From NCBI GenBank assembly GCA_004022145.1, contig RCNU01000001.1: DNA of 64,000 nucleotides. One strand, given 5' to 3'. Origin of the DNA: Paecilomyces variotii (Eukaryota). The notes under the pieces are model-generated. The model did no database searches and was not told the origin of the DNA. It was given only the letters and a program-made list of their open reading frames with translations. Positions 62,403-64,000 of the stretch are shown piece after piece (the stretch's first letter is position 1; each line of letters starts with the position of its first letter). Position numbers and translations under genes: made by a program.

Positions 62403-63310
62403 ATGTCTCTTACATTGAAGCTCAGTTCTCTCTTTATTCGCACGCTTTCGAAACCCATTGCCGTATGACTTAATCTCCCCCGATCAGCCTGATTGAGGTG
62501 CATGCTGATGGTTCGAAGAACCGCCTCAAAGCACAGGCCCGTGAACATGAACGCTTCCGACGAATGTGCGTCTCCTTGGCGCAAGCTCTCCATCGGTTTG
62601 ATATGCGTCTACGCTTAGGCGCTATTCGGGACACTACGGCAGCGGAGAGGAAAGCCGCGAAAGACGCAGCAGACGCTGCGGTAAAGAAACTCCAGCCCAC
62701 AGCTCCTACGGTGAAGACGGAAGCAGAGGCTAAAGCGGAAGAAGCGGCCGCGGCGAAAGCAAAAGAGGCAGCGTTAGAAGCAGAAAAACAACCGCCAAAA
62801 CCTCGAATTCGGCCATTGTCGGAATCTAAAGCTATCGACTCGGGTGCGAATTTCATCAGTGAAACTTTCCTTTTCCTTGTGGCGGGTGGCACAATCGTGT
62901 TCGAGACATGGAGATCCAGACGGAAGGAAAGTACCCGGAGAGAGGACGTGGAGAGTCGTCTCAGCGACCTTGAGGAGTCCGAAAAGGCCGCCCGGAAAGC
63001 TCTGGTAGCATTGGAGCGGGAGATTCTCGAATTGAAGGGAAAGAACGGAACTGCCGCAAAGGACCACAAGCGAATCCTGCCTCGCGAGGTATGGGAAGTT
63101 GAAGAGAAGGAGGAGAAAGAGGAAGCACAGAATCAGAGCTGGCTGTCCTATGTCACATCATTCTTCTCGTTTGGTCAAGGTCAGCCGTCTGGCCCCGAAT
63201 CGGCTGACCAGGCAAGTGAGACGTCAAAATCCGTGGTTGACAAGCTCTCGCCGCACTCCCCAGTCCCAGTTGCTGCTCATAAGTCTCTGGAACAGCCTAA
63301 GAGCTCCTGA
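62403..63310 (+). CDS. opa3: OPA3 family mitochondrial protein (2 exons)
   Basis: MSLTLKLSSLFIRTLSKPIA|NRLKAQAREHERFR and IRPLSESKAIDSGANFISETFLF. Intron ~62463-62518. Confidence 0.93.
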
Positions 63311-64000
63311 GCCACAATTGCGCGCTACTGTGTGTTTGCACGACCACCTTGTTTTTTGGATATCGAGCATAGACGTCTCTTTTCTTTATAGATACCCTTC
63401 TTACATGAGCACGAGGTCAGTATCGTGGAAAAATGGCGATTGGAGTGGTTTGGAAGTTTAGCATGTATTGGCATATAGAACGTAACTTGCAGTGTATATA
63501 CGATATGAGCGAGCCGCTCCCCTCTCTTCTGCCGTTTTTCCAGTCGTCAAGACGCGGTTGTGTATATATCATTTACTCTCAGCTCAAGGACATTTTGAGA
63601 CCAAGATATGGCAGAACAATCATGGCAAAAGTCACTTCAGATTCCACTCTAACAGTATGCTTTTCCCTTCGGACTCGACCGGTGTGGCCAGTTCTCCATC
63701 CAGTGCTCATGTCCACCTCTGGGATTCGACTGCAAGGTATTCCATGCTTTCAATCGTCATATCTTTGGGATTGATGAATGATAAATGATAACCAAGCCAA
63801 AATAGAAGCCCATCTAGAGACCCATGACTTCAGTTTCAGCATTCCCAGTACGCAGGGAAACAGATCATTGCGCATCCTCCTCCTAACCCCCTCGTCCCTT
63901 TCACCCTCCGACAAAGCAGAGACCATCTACAGAATCGAGCGCCTTTCTTCTCCGCCAGGAGGACAAGACGTCCTTATTGCGTTCCTCTTGTCCGAGAATG

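Noticed and set aside
1-64000. Intact transposon, Starship captain recombinase or CRISPR-like array
   Set aside because: I saw no transposase, reverse transcriptase, integrase or DUF3435 ORF and no regularly spaced repeat array.

Overview
Eukaryotic, intron-containing DNA from a filamentous ascomycete. Gene content, short GT-AG introns with CTAAC-type branch sites and a dispersed 5S gene point to Eurotiales; the species cannot be determined here. The window is mostly core genes: an F-box-like protein, two SAM methyltransferases, Lsm2, Pso2/Snm1, CYP53 benzoate 4-monooxygenase, an Mlh2-like MutL protein, Pfa4, a DHDPS-family aldolase, a Zrc1/Cot1 zinc transporter, Cdc1, a GNAT, NmrA, a lipase, a hexose transporter, a Cys-rich type-I membrane protein, oxalate decarboxylase, polo kinase and OPA3. 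It also holds a 5S rRNA gene and an intron-containing tRNA-Thr(CGT). Between the core genes lie decayed islands: two paralogous PD-(D/E)XK-like pseudogenes, a transketolase/DHAS fragment, a DUF4387 fragment, an NTase-fold fragment and a 63-bp direct repeat. The most striking unexplained element is a ~180-nt putative RNA polymerase III gene at ~19943-20127. It has a degenerate tRNA-like head with A and B boxes, two long stem-loops containing G-U pairs, and a T9 terminator, and I cannot match it to any ncRNA I recognise. All splice models and family calls were made by eye without database searches.
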